NCBI RefSeq assembly: GCF_000189295.2
Contig: NC_016803.1
Span: 870,001 to 902,000 of the forward strand
Direction of reading: 5' to 3'
DNA from: Pseudodesulfovibrio mercurii
Lineage (GTDB): Bacteria; Desulfobacterota; Desulfovibrionia; Desulfovibrionales; Desulfovibrionaceae
Length of the DNA: 32,000 nucleotides
Shown: piece by piece, positions 23,386 to 31,907 of the stretch
How positions within the stretch are numbered: the first letter of the stretch is position 1
How the letters are laid out: each line of letters opens with the position of its first letter
Position numbers and translations under genes: made by a program
The notes under the pieces: model-generated
What the model was told of the DNA's origin: nothing
What the model saw: the letters and a program-made list of their open reading frames with translations, nothing else
Databases searched by the model: none

Positions 23386-24189
23386 CTAGAAGAAGTACAC
23401 GGGCTCCTTGCGCTCGCCGCAGTTCTCGTTCAGCCACTTGGCGAAGCCCTCTATCGGGCTGCCCGGCTTGGTGGTCCGGGCGTTTTCCGGACAGACCTTG
23501 ATGCAGGCGCAGCACTTGATGCACTTTTCGGCATCGGTTTTGGTGTAGTCGTCCGCGCTGATGGCCCCGACCGGACAATGCTCGGCGCAGGTGCCGCACT
23601 GGACGCAGCTGTCGCCGACCGCGATGAAGTCCACGGGACCGCCCTTTTTCCGCTCCTTGTAGGGGCGGTCGCCGGGGATGGCCGGTTCGGCGGCCTCGTC
23701 CACGGAGGCGAGCCCGTCCAGAATCTCGCGAACCTTGCGGCCGAACGTCTCGGCCAGGTGCAGGTCCTCCGCGTCGGGCCGGGCCACCGCCACCGGATAC
23801 GCCTCGTTCGAGAAGGAATGCTCCCCGATGAAGGCCGCGCCGCCCACGACCACGCCGCCCTGCGCCATGACCAGGTCGGTCAGTTCGATGAGGGCGTCCT
23901 CGAAGGCGCGGTTGCCGAACATGACCACGCAGGCCACGGGCGTCCGGTCCAGTCGCAGGGAGCGCAGCCACGGCTCCAGGAGCATGGGGATGCGTCCGCC
24001 GTAGACCGGGGTCGCGACCACGAGCAAGTCGTCGGCCGCAGCCTGCAGCGGCTGTTGCCGCGCCTCGGGCAGGGTGATGTCCACCTCCTCGGCAACGGCG
24101 TAGTCCAGGCCGCGCGCCATGGCGCGGACCACGGACGCGGTGGTTCCGGTGGGAGAGAAATAGGCCAGTTTCAGGGATTGAATGCGCAT
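23386..24189 (-). CDS. flavodoxin-like domain fused to a 2x[4Fe-4S] ferredoxin domain
   Basis: Trimmed to ATG 24189 with an AGGAAG SD. N-terminal KLAYFSPTGTTASVV flavodoxin-like motif. C-terminal CVQCGTCAEHCP and CIKCCACIKVCP. Confidence 0.75.
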   Translation of the reverse strand: MRIQSLKLAYFSPTGTTASVVRAMARGLDYAVAEEVDITLPEARQQPLQAAADDLLVVATPVYGGRIPMLLEPWLRSLRLDRTPVACVVMFGNRAFEDALIELTDLVMAQGGVVVGGAAFIGEHSFSNEAYPVAVARPDAEDLHLAETFGRKVREILDGLASVDEAAEPAIPGDRPYKERKKGGPVDFIAVGDSCVQCGTCAEHCPVGAISADDYTKTDAEKCIKCCACIKVCPENARTTKPGSPIEGFAKWLNENCGERKEPVYFF

Positions 24190-24374
24190 GGGCGGTCTTC
24201 CTGTGTGATTTAGAATGATAGCACGAATTTTCCCGAGCCGGGCGGGTCGCGCTCCCTCGACGCACTTCCCGCAACATACCCATCCGCCTGACGGTACAGC
24301 CCCCATGTTGTAGACCGCCCTCCCCGCCCGGTCAATCGCCCCGCCCGGAAAACCTCGGCGACTCGGCCGCCGCG

Positions 24375-24409
24375 AAAAAAAAGGGCGGAAGCCGTGCTTC
24401 CGCCCTTTT
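24375..24409. terminator. intrinsic terminator at the end of the nuo-like operon
   Basis: A8-GGGCGGAAG-ccgtg-CTTCCGCCC-TTTT. On the minus strand the hairpin is followed by eight U residues, 22 nt after the nuoN stop. Confidence 0.85.
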
Positions 24410-24430
24410 CATTGGTTTGTGCAGCCTGTT

Positions 24431-25888
24431 CTAGTGCCCGCCGCCCGCAAAGGTGACGGTGATGCCGTACAGGGTCTTGCCCGCGTTGATGGCGAAGTTG
24501 AACAGGGGGGCCGGGACCATGCCGATGAGCAGCACGGCGGCGGCCAGCATGCCCGCTCCGGCCGAGGCGAACCAGCCGTTGTCGGGCGGGGCCACCTGGG
24601 TGGGCGTCTTCTCTTCGGTGAAGGCGTGCCGGAACAGGGACAGGTAGTAGTAGATGGCGATGGCCGAGTTGACCACCAGGGTGATGACCAGCCAGTTGTA
24701 GCCGTGATCCCAGGCAGAGGTGATCAGGAAGAACTTGCCCATGAAGCCCATGGTCGGCGGCAGGCCCACCAGGGCGAACGCGCCGGCGGCCAGCGAAAAC
24801 GCCAGGACCGGAGCCTTCTTGTACAGGCCGTTCAGGTCGGTCAGCTTGAGGTTGCGGCCGTCACTGGCCACACGGCTGACGATCCAGAACACGAGCAGGT
24901 TCATGACCAGGTAGGCCATGCCGTAGAAGGCGGCCGCGCCCAGTCCCTCGGGCGTGCCCGAGACCAGGCCGACCATGATGTACCCGGCGTGGGCCACGGA
25001 CGAGAACCCGAGCAGTCGCTTGATGTCCGTCTGGGCCAGGGCCGCCAGGTTGCCGTAGGTCATGGAGCAGGCGCCGAGCACCGCCAGGATGGTAGTGATT
25101 TCGAGGCCGGGCTTGAGCAGCACGGCCAACCGGCACAGGACCACGATGGCGCCCATCTTGGGCATGGTCGCCACGAACGCGGCGGTCTCGTTGCTGGCGC
25201 CCTGATAGACGTCCGGGCACCAGAAGTGGAACGGGAACAGGGCCAGCTTGAAGAACATGCCGCCCAGGAAGAGCGACAGGCCCACAACGGCCATGGGCTG
25301 GTCGGCGAAGGACCAGGACTTGTTCATGAGCTCGGCGATGTAGGTCGTGTGCTGGGTGGCCATGATGTAGGACAAGCCGTACAGGGCCAGGGCCGTGGCG
25401 ACCGCGCCGAACATGATGTACTTGATGCCCGCTTCGGCCGCGCCCTTGTCCTTGGCGCGCAGCGGGATGACCGCGTACATGGAGTAGGAGGCCAGCTCCA
25501 GGGCCAGGTAGATGGTGATCAGCTCCACGGAGGAGGCGAGCATCATCAGGCCCAGGGTGGAGAAGCCGAGCAACATGTAGTAGTCCGCCCGCTTGCCCTC
25601 CTCCAGGGTCGGCTGGCGCGAGGCGTTGAGCACGACCACGTAGAAGCCGAAGGTGATGACGATCTTGAAGAACTGGGACATGAGGTCCACTTTGTAGACA
25701 TCCCAGAACATGGTTCCGTGCAGGTGGAAGCCGGTGATGGTCACGAAGAAGGCGGCGCAGGCGCCAAAGGGCAACCACCGCTCGACGGGCGGTTTCCACT
25801 CCCTGTTGCCCAGCGACTGGACCATGAGGGCCAGGACCAGACAGAGGAAGAACAGTTCCGGGACAAGCGCAGTGATGTTGAAGTTCAC
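24431..25888 (-). CDS. nuoN: NADH-quinone oxidoreductase subunit N
   Basis: GTG start with an AGGGGG SD. 485-aa polytopic protein with YLALELASYSMY (TM5 Glu) and FKLALFPFHFWCPDVYQGA (TM7 Lys). Confidence 0.85.
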   Translation of the reverse strand: MNFNITALVPELFFLCLVLALMVQSLGNREWKPPVERWLPFGACAAFFVTITGFHLHGTMFWDVYKVDLMSQFFKIVITFGFYVVVLNASRQPTLEEGKRADYYMLLGFSTLGLMMLASSVELITIYLALELASYSMYAVIPLRAKDKGAAEAGIKYIMFGAVATALALYGLSYIMATQHTTYIAELMNKSWSFADQPMAVVGLSLFLGGMFFKLALFPFHFWCPDVYQGASNETAAFVATMPKMGAIVVLCRLAVLLKPGLEITTILAVLGACSMTYGNLAALAQTDIKRLLGFSSVAHAGYIMVGLVSGTPEGLGAAAFYGMAYLVMNLLVFWIVSRVASDGRNLKLTDLNGLYKKAPVLAFSLAAGAFALVGLPPTMGFMGKFFLITSAWDHGYNWLVITLVVNSAIAIYYYLSLFRHAFTEEKTPTQVAPPDNGWFASAGAGMLAAAVLLIGMVPAPLFNFAINAGKTLYGITVTFAGGGH

Positions 25889-25900
25889 GTCGTTAGCCCC

Positions 25901-27433
25901 CTATTCCTTTTCCGCCAGCAGATTCAGGACGTCCGCTGCGGCTGTTTGCATGGGCTGTTCGGTTTCGACCATGGCGACCTTGCGCTTGTCGAAGTCATTG
26001 AGCAGCTTGTTGACCGACGGGTCGATGATGTTGAAGAACGGCTTGGGCGCCAGGCCGATCCAGAGCACGAACACGGCCGGAATGGTCAGGTAGATCCACT
26101 CGCGGGCGTTGAGGTCGCGCCAGGTCTTGGCCGAACTGGGCTTGCCCCAGGCCATCTTCAGAGACACACGGAACATGTAGGCCGCGCCCAGAAGCGCGCC
26201 GGGAACCAGGAACATGCCGATGAACGGGGACACCTGGAAGGCGCCGATGAAGACCAGAATCTCGCCCACGAAGCCGTTGGTGCCGGGGAACCCGAAGGAG
26301 GCCAGGGCCATCAGACCCCAGAAGAACATGAAGCCGGGCATGTACTTGCCCAGTCCCAGGTTCTTGGAGATCTCGCGGCTGTGGCTCCGCTCGTAGACCG
26401 CGCCGATCATCATGAACAGCGCGCCGGTGACGATGCCGTGGTTGAGCATCTGGAAGAGCGCGCCTTCAACGCCGCGCTGGTCGAACAGGAAGATGCCGAG
26501 CGTCACGAAGCCCATATGGCCCACCGAGGAGTAGGCGACCAGCTTCTTGATGTCGGACTGTCCCAGGGCGATGGCTCCGCCGTACAGGATGGACGCGATG
26601 GAGATGGCGATCATCATGGGGGCGAAGTACTCGGAGGCGGCCGGGGTCAGCGGCAGGCAGAAGCGCAGGAAACCGTAGGTTCCCATCTTCAGCAGGACGG
26701 CCGCCAGGATGACGGAACCGGCCGAAGGCGCCTGCACGTGGGCCGCGGGCAGCCAGGTGTGGAACGGGAACATGGGCACCTTGATGGCGAAGGCGAGCGC
26801 CATGGCCAGGAAGGCCCAGAACTGGAAGCGGAAGCTGAAGTTCATCTGCATCAGGTCCGGGATGGAGAAGGTCCCGCCCGTGATCCGGAAGGCCACGATG
26901 GCCGCCAGGAGCAGGGTGGAGCCCGCCAGGGTGTACAGGAAGAACTTGAGCGACGCGTACTTGCGATCGTCGCCGCCCCATACCGCGATGAGCAGGTACA
27001 TGGGGATGAGCATGGCTTCCCAGAACACGTAGAACAGGACCAGGTCGAGGGCGCAGAACACGCCGAGCACCGCCGAGGTCATGAACAGCAGGCAGAAGTG
27101 GAATTCCTTCTCCCGTTTGCCGATGTAGGTCCAGGAGCACATGACGCACAGCGGCAGGACCGCGATGGTCAAAAGGACCATGAGTATGCTGATCCCGTCG
27201 ATGCCGAGGTAGTACTGCAGGCCCCACTGGTGGACCCAGTCTATCTTCTCGACGAACTGGAAGTCAGCGTTGAGTTTGAAGCCCATGAGCGGCACTGCAA
27301 GCAGACACTCGATGAGGGACACCGCCATGGTGTAGTACCTCACCACCTGCGGAGCCCGCAGGAAGAAGAGTCCGCATGCCGCGACGAGCGGGAATGCGAT
27401 CAATATTGTGAGTACCGGATATCCGAAGTCCAA
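25901..27433 (-). CDS. nuoM: NADH-quinone oxidoreductase subunit M
   Basis: TTG start with an AAGGAG SD. FYVFWEAMLIPMYLLIAVWGG and AIKVPMFPFHTWLPAAHVQAPSAGSV. Confidence 0.85.
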   Translation of the reverse strand: MDFGYPVLTILIAFPLVAACGLFFLRAPQVVRYYTMAVSLIECLLAVPLMGFKLNADFQFVEKIDWVHQWGLQYYLGIDGISILMVLLTIAVLPLCVMCSWTYIGKREKEFHFCLLFMTSAVLGVFCALDLVLFYVFWEAMLIPMYLLIAVWGGDDRKYASLKFFLYTLAGSTLLLAAIVAFRITGGTFSIPDLMQMNFSFRFQFWAFLAMALAFAIKVPMFPFHTWLPAAHVQAPSAGSVILAAVLLKMGTYGFLRFCLPLTPAASEYFAPMMIAISIASILYGGAIALGQSDIKKLVAYSSVGHMGFVTLGIFLFDQRGVEGALFQMLNHGIVTGALFMMIGAVYERSHSREISKNLGLGKYMPGFMFFWGLMALASFGFPGTNGFVGEILVFIGAFQVSPFIGMFLVPGALLGAAYMFRVSLKMAWGKPSSAKTWRDLNAREWIYLTIPAVFVLWIGLAPKPFFNIIDPSVNKLLNDFDKRKVAMVETEQPMQTAAADVLNLLAEKE

Positions 27434-27459
27434 AGTGAGCTCTCCTTAGATTGTCCGGC

Positions 27460-29259
27460 TTAGCCGAAGTACCAAATCAGGGCAAAGATGCCCAAGCCGA
27501 GAACGGCGGCCATGGCCAGGTAATCCTGCAGGTTGGCTGTCTGGGCCTTGGCCCCCAGCCTGCCGAGATTCCTGACGGTGTAGGCGCTTCCGTCCACCAC
27601 CGTGTCGATGCCCTTCTTGTCGAACCAAGAAGTGCCTCTCCCCATGCCGATGAGCCCGCGCAGGCCGACGGTCCGATAGACCTCGGTCCAGACGTCGTCA
27701 ACCTTGGAGGCGGGCCAGCAGATGGCCCGCATGGTCACCCGGCCGATGAGGCGGTAGAACCAGTCGAAGTCCAGGTTGAGCGCCTTGTGCGGCGTGATGA
27801 CATAACGGGTCAGGTAGAAGGCCAGGCCGGAGAAGCCGAGCAGCAGACCCGAGTTGATGACCTTGTCGATGGTCCAGGGCTGGAAGCCGTGTCCTTCGAT
27901 GGCCATGGGCAGGTACTTGTAGAGCATGTGGGGGTAGACGCCCTGGGCGATGCACAGCAGGCCGCACAGCCCCATGCCGATGTACATGTTGACGGGCAGC
28001 GGCTTGACCTCGCCCGTGAACTCCTTCTTGCGCCCCCAGAATGCAAAGTATGGGAGCTTGATGCCCACCGAGATGAACGTACCGACAGCCGCGATCTCCA
28101 TGCCCAGGGCGAGGAAGGTTCGATGGTGTTCGGCGGCGCCCGCGATGGTCATGGTCTTCGAGATGAAGCCGTTGAACAGCGGCATGCCGGAGATGGACAG
28201 GGCCGCGACCATGTACCAAACCATGACCCAGGGCAGCTTGGTGACCAGGCCGCCGAGTTCGTCCAGTTTGGCCGTGCCTACCGAGTACAGGATGGCGCCG
28301 GTGCCCATGAAGAGCAGACCCTTATAGAGGATGTGGGCATAGGCGTGGGCCACGGCGCCGTTGATGGTCATGGCCGTGCCGATGCCGATGCCCGCGACCA
28401 TGTATCCCACCTGCGAGACGATGTGGTAGGACAGGATGCGCCGGGCGTTGTTTTCGATGCACGCGTAGAGCACGCCGTAGACCGCCATGCACGTACCGGC
28501 CACGGCCAGGATCTCCCAGCCCGCGAAGCCCCGGCAGAGCACGTAGACCGCGGTCTTGGTGGTGAAGGCGCACATGTACACCGCACCGGCCACGGAGGCC
28601 CTGGGGTAGGCGTCGGGCAGCCAGGCGTGCAGGGGCACGACCGCGGCGTTGACGCAGAAGCCGGTCAGGATCAGCCAGTCGTAGTAGCGGCCGTCGGCCG
28701 GGTTGACCAGGTCGAAGGCGAAGCTGCCGGTGGCCTTGTACTTGAGCAGCAGACCGGCCAGCAGGAACAGGCCGCCCACCGTGTGGTACAGGAAGTAGCG
28801 GAAACCGGCATTCACGGACTCCTTGGTTCTGGCCTGCCAGATGAGGAAGGTCGAGCCGATGGACATCAGCTCCCAGAACAGAAAGACCGTCAGCAGGTCG
28901 CCCGCGAACACGCAGCCGAATCCGCCCGCCACGTAGAGCGAGGCGCAGACGTAGTGTCCCTTGTCCTCCACGTGCATGCCGTAGATGCAGCCGATGAAGG
29001 AGATGATGGCGAAGACCTGGCCGAAGACGATGGACAGTTTGTCCACGCGCCCGAAGATCAGGGCCTGGTCAAGGTAGTGCAGTTGCGCGTAGGTCCCCGG
29101 CTCCACCGTGAAGATGGAGTACAGGGCGGCAAGCGGCGGGAGGATTGCCAGGGCGCCCCGCAAGGCCTTGTTCTTCCACAGGCTCTCGGGCACGAACGGC
29201 ACCAGCAGAGCGAGGAGAAGAAAGCCCGCGGCGGGGTGGATGAACATATCAGTCCCCAT
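27460..29259 (-). CDS. antiporter-like subunit, MrpD/NuoM-like core with a C-terminal lateral-helix-like extension (NuoL/MrpA-style tail)
   Basis: 599 aa with a GGAGG SD. FLFWELMSIGS (TM5 Glu). VNAAVVPLHAWLPDAY has Asn where the paralogs carry the TM7 Lys. The C-terminal GIDTVVDGSAYTVRNLGRLGAKAQTANLQDYLAMAAVLGLGIFALIWYFG resembles the amphipathic helix plus last TM of NuoL/MrpA. Confidence 0.7.
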   Translation of the reverse strand: MGTDMFIHPAAGFLLLALLVPFVPESLWKNKALRGALAILPPLAALYSIFTVEPGTYAQLHYLDQALIFGRVDKLSIVFGQVFAIISFIGCIYGMHVEDKGHYVCASLYVAGGFGCVFAGDLLTVFLFWELMSIGSTFLIWQARTKESVNAGFRYFLYHTVGGLFLLAGLLLKYKATGSFAFDLVNPADGRYYDWLILTGFCVNAAVVPLHAWLPDAYPRASVAGAVYMCAFTTKTAVYVLCRGFAGWEILAVAGTCMAVYGVLYACIENNARRILSYHIVSQVGYMVAGIGIGTAMTINGAVAHAYAHILYKGLLFMGTGAILYSVGTAKLDELGGLVTKLPWVMVWYMVAALSISGMPLFNGFISKTMTIAGAAEHHRTFLALGMEIAAVGTFISVGIKLPYFAFWGRKKEFTGEVKPLPVNMYIGMGLCGLLCIAQGVYPHMLYKYLPMAIEGHGFQPWTIDKVINSGLLLGFSGLAFYLTRYVITPHKALNLDFDWFYRLIGRVTMRAICWPASKVDDVWTEVYRTVGLRGLIGMGRGTSWFDKKGIDTVVDGSAYTVRNLGRLGAKAQTANLQDYLAMAAVLGLGIFALIWYFG

Positions 29260-29512
29260 AGTAATCCTCCTTCCGGGCGATGAACGGCTGGACGATCTTC
29301 TTCATGATGATGACCATGGCCAGCCCGACGATGAGGCCGAATCCCGCCCAGAACCCGGGGTACCGGTCGAAACCGAAGTGCGGGTGATGCGTGACGAACG
29401 GGACGTTGAGCACCACGAGCACGCCCAACACGACGAAGAAGATGGTCCTCCACGTCTTCCAGTTGTCTCTCCATTTGGCGAGGAGCTCGCCCAATCCTTT
29501 CTGTTGACTCAT
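29249..29512 (-). CDS. 87-aa two-TM membrane protein of unknown family inside the nuo-like operon
   Basis: SD GGGGGG plus 5 nt before ATG 29512. Two hydrophobic segments, TIFFVVLGVLVVLNVPFV and FWAGFGLIVGLAMVIIM. Its stop overlaps the next gene's start by 11 nt. Confidence 0.6.
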   Translation of the reverse strand: MSQQKGLGELLAKWRDNWKTWRTIFFVVLGVLVVLNVPFVTHHPHFGFDRYPGFWAGFGLIVGLAMVIIMKKIVQPFIARKEDYYGD

Positions 29513-29522
29513 ATATACCCCC

Positions 29523-31070
29523 CTAGAACTTGCCGAACGCGTTGACGAAGTTCAGGAATGTCTGCGGATACAGACCCAGGAACACCGAGATGAAGGCCGT
29601 GACGCAGAGCGGGATGACCATGGTCATGGACGGCTCGTTGTACTGGCCGATGTTGGCCTCCGGCAGGGGCTTCTTGAAGAAGGCCCGGTAGGTGATGGGC
29701 ACGAAGTAGCCCGCATTGAGCGCCGTCGAGAGGAGCAGCGCGCAGAGCAGCGGCCACTGGTGCGCGTCGAGCGTGCCGTTGACCAGGTACCATTTGGAGA
29801 CGAAGCCGCAGACCGGCGGCATGCCGATCATGGACAGGGAGGCGATGCCGAACGCCCCGAAGGTGAGCGGCATGCGGCGTCCCAGGCCGTCCATCAGGCT
29901 GATCTTCTTGAGGTGGCAGGCGACGTAGATGGCGCCCGCCGCCATGAACAGCGTGATCTTGGAGAAGGCGTGGTGGGCGATGTGCATCACGCCGCCCTGC
30001 ACCGCCGAGTCCACCAGCATGGTCACGCCGATAATCACGTAGGAGAGCTGGGCCACGGTCGAGTAGGCCAGCCGCGCCTTGATGTCGTCCTTGGTCAGGG
30101 CGATGAACGAGGCCACCGTCAGGGTGAAGGCCGCGATGTACGCCGTGGCCATGCCCATGCTCAGATCGCCGAGCCAGGAGCCGGGCGAACCGATGTAGAT
30201 CTGGCTCATGGTCAGGGCCGCGGCGGTCTTGGTCCCGAAAGCCGAGAGCACGATGCGGCTGACGCAGAAGACGCCCGCCTTGACGACCGCCACCGCGTGC
30301 AGCAAAGCCGAGACCGGGGTGGGCGCGACCATGGCCGACGGGAGCCAGTTGTGGAACGGCATGAGGGCCGCCTTGCCGATGCCGAGGATGAACAGCCAGT
30401 AGGTGAGGGTCACCAGTCTGGGATGTGCGGCGATGACCTGGGCGGAGAACATGCCGTGCTGGATGTCGGTCAGGTTGAAGTCGAGGTTGCCGACCAGGAC
30501 GTAGGTCAGGACCATGGCGGGCAGGAGGAAGAGCTTGGAGGTACCCATCAAGTAGACGATGTACTTGCGGGCGCCGATCTTGGCCTCCTCGTCCTCATGG
30601 TGGTAGACCAGCGGATACGTGAACACGGTGATGACCTCGTAGAAGAGGTAGAGCGTGAACACGTTGGCCGACAGGGCCACGCCCACGGCGCCGAAGATGG
30701 CCACCGCGAAGCAGACGTAATAGCGGGTCTGGGCGTGTTCGTTCAGCCCGCGCATGTAGCCGATGTTGTAGCTGGTCACGAAGAACCAGAGGAACGGGGC
30801 GATCAGCGCGAAGACCATGGACAGGCCGTCCGCGGCAAAGGCTATGCTGATGCCCGGCAGGATGGTGGTTACGTGGTAGTACAGGACCTTTCCGGCAAGG
30901 ACCTTCGGCGCCATCCAGAGCACCGAAGTGAAGGTCAGAAACGCACCGATGAAGCTAATCGCCTCCCGCCGGTTTTCATCCCCCCGACAGAGGTAGATGA
31001 AAAGCGGAGTGAGGAGCGTGAACACCACCGGCAGAAGAATTGGACTATATGTCGTTACACCTTCCATCAT
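29523..31070 (-). CDS. antiporter-like subunit with NuoL/ND5/MrpA-type core signature but no C-terminal extension
   Basis: 515 aa. LYLFYEVITVFTYPLV (TM5 Glu), GKAALMPFHNWLPSAMVAPTPVSALLHAVAVVKAG (a PTPVSALLHA-like motif is typical of NuoL/ND5). It ends directly after the last core helix. Confidence 0.7.
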   Translation of the reverse strand: MMEGVTTYSPILLPVVFTLLTPLFIYLCRGDENRREAISFIGAFLTFTSVLWMAPKVLAGKVLYYHVTTILPGISIAFAADGLSMVFALIAPFLWFFVTSYNIGYMRGLNEHAQTRYYVCFAVAIFGAVGVALSANVFTLYLFYEVITVFTYPLVYHHEDEEAKIGARKYIVYLMGTSKLFLLPAMVLTYVLVGNLDFNLTDIQHGMFSAQVIAAHPRLVTLTYWLFILGIGKAALMPFHNWLPSAMVAPTPVSALLHAVAVVKAGVFCVSRIVLSAFGTKTAAALTMSQIYIGSPGSWLGDLSMGMATAYIAAFTLTVASFIALTKDDIKARLAYSTVAQLSYVIIGVTMLVDSAVQGGVMHIAHHAFSKITLFMAAGAIYVACHLKKISLMDGLGRRMPLTFGAFGIASLSMIGMPPVCGFVSKWYLVNGTLDAHQWPLLCALLLSTALNAGYFVPITYRAFFKKPLPEANIGQYNEPSMTMVIPLCVTAFISVFLGLYPQTFLNFVNAFGKF

Positions 31071-31072
31071 AG

Positions 31073-31381
31073 CTATTCCTTCAGGGTAGTGATGTCACTG
31101 GATTTGGCGGAGTTGAAACGCCGCGCAACCACCACGATCATGGCCAGGACCAGCGTGGCTTCGGCTGCGGCCAGCCCCATGACGAACAGGGTGCCGAGTT
31201 GCCCCATGACCGCGCTGAAGTCGGTCAGTTGCGCGGCCGCCACCATGGACAGCCCGGCGCCGTTGAGCATCAGCTCCACCGAGATCAGCATGCCGACCAG
31301 GCTCCTGCGCTGGGTCAGGCCGAACAGGCCCGCGCACAGGAGGATCAGGGCGACGATTTGGAATAAGGTCAGTGCGCTCAT
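31073..31381 (-). CDS. nuoK: NADH-quinone oxidoreductase subunit K
   Basis: 102 aa. RRSLVGMLISVELMLNG and GLAAAEATLVLAM match the NuoK pattern. Confidence 0.85.
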   Translation of the reverse strand: MSALTLFQIVALILLCAGLFGLTQRRSLVGMLISVELMLNGAGLSMVAAAQLTDFSAVMGQLGTLFVMGLAAAEATLVLAMIVVVARRFNSAKSSDITTLKE

Positions 31382-31906
31382 TTACTTGTCCCCTCCGTTT
31401 CTCTGGCCCCTCTTCTCCCAGACCAGCAGGACGGCGCCGGACATGGCGACCATCAGGATGACCGAGATCAGCTCGAAGGGCAGGAAGTAGGACCCGAGCA
31501 ACCCTTCGCCGAGCTGCTTGATGGGCACCTCCACGGGCACGGCCACGGACGGGGCGGGCCGGGTCAGCACCAGCCAGCCCAGGATGGCCGCCGGGGCCAT
31601 GGTCGCGGCCAGGCCGAAGACGTAGCGCTTCATGGGCGCCTTGTCGGCCTCGTCGCCGCCCTGCTCCGCCCGGGTCAGCATGACCGCGAAGAAGATCAGG
31701 ACGCTGACCGCGCCGACGTAGATGAGCAGTTGCATGAAGGCCATGAAGGGCGTGGCCAGCAGCAGGTACATCCCGGCCACGCCGATGAGCGTGGTGATCA
31801 AGCCGATCAGGGCTCGCACCAGACTGCTGCTCGACACGGCGAGGACGGCCCCGCCGAGGATGACGAGCGTGTACACGCCGAATGCAATTTTTGCCAAGAC
31901 TTCCAT
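31382..31906 (-). CDS. nuoJ: NADH-quinone oxidoreductase subunit J
   Basis: 174 aa. FMAFMQLLIYVGAVSVLIFFAVML is the NuoJ-type TM3 region. Its stop abuts the nuoK ATG. Confidence 0.85.
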   Translation of the reverse strand: MEVLAKIAFGVYTLVILGGAVLAVSSSSLVRALIGLITTLIGVAGMYLLLATPFMAFMQLLIYVGAVSVLIFFAVMLTRAEQGGDEADKAPMKRYVFGLAATMAPAAILGWLVLTRPAPSVAVPVEVPIKQLGEGLLGSYFLPFELISVILMVAMSGAVLLVWEKRGQRNGGDK

Positions 31907-31907
31907 A

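Noticed and set aside
24190-24260. Fur-like or sigma-54 element upstream of the flavodoxin-like gene
   Set aside because: TGCTATCATTCTAAATCA matches the 7-1-7 Fur motif poorly, and the GG/GC spacing of the nearest sigma-54-like string is off by one. Only a possible extended -10 (TGcTATCAT) remains, which is too weak to annotate.
24419-31490. Plus-strand ORFs 24419..27463 (1014 aa), 27451..29283 (610 aa) and 29760..31490 (576 aa), plus off-frame minus ORFs within the nuo-like genes
   Set aside because: They are extremely G/D/H/E/R-rich and non-hydrophobic. The minus-strand frames give polytopic membrane proteins with NuoJ/K/L/M/N signatures, SD sequences and coupled stops and starts.
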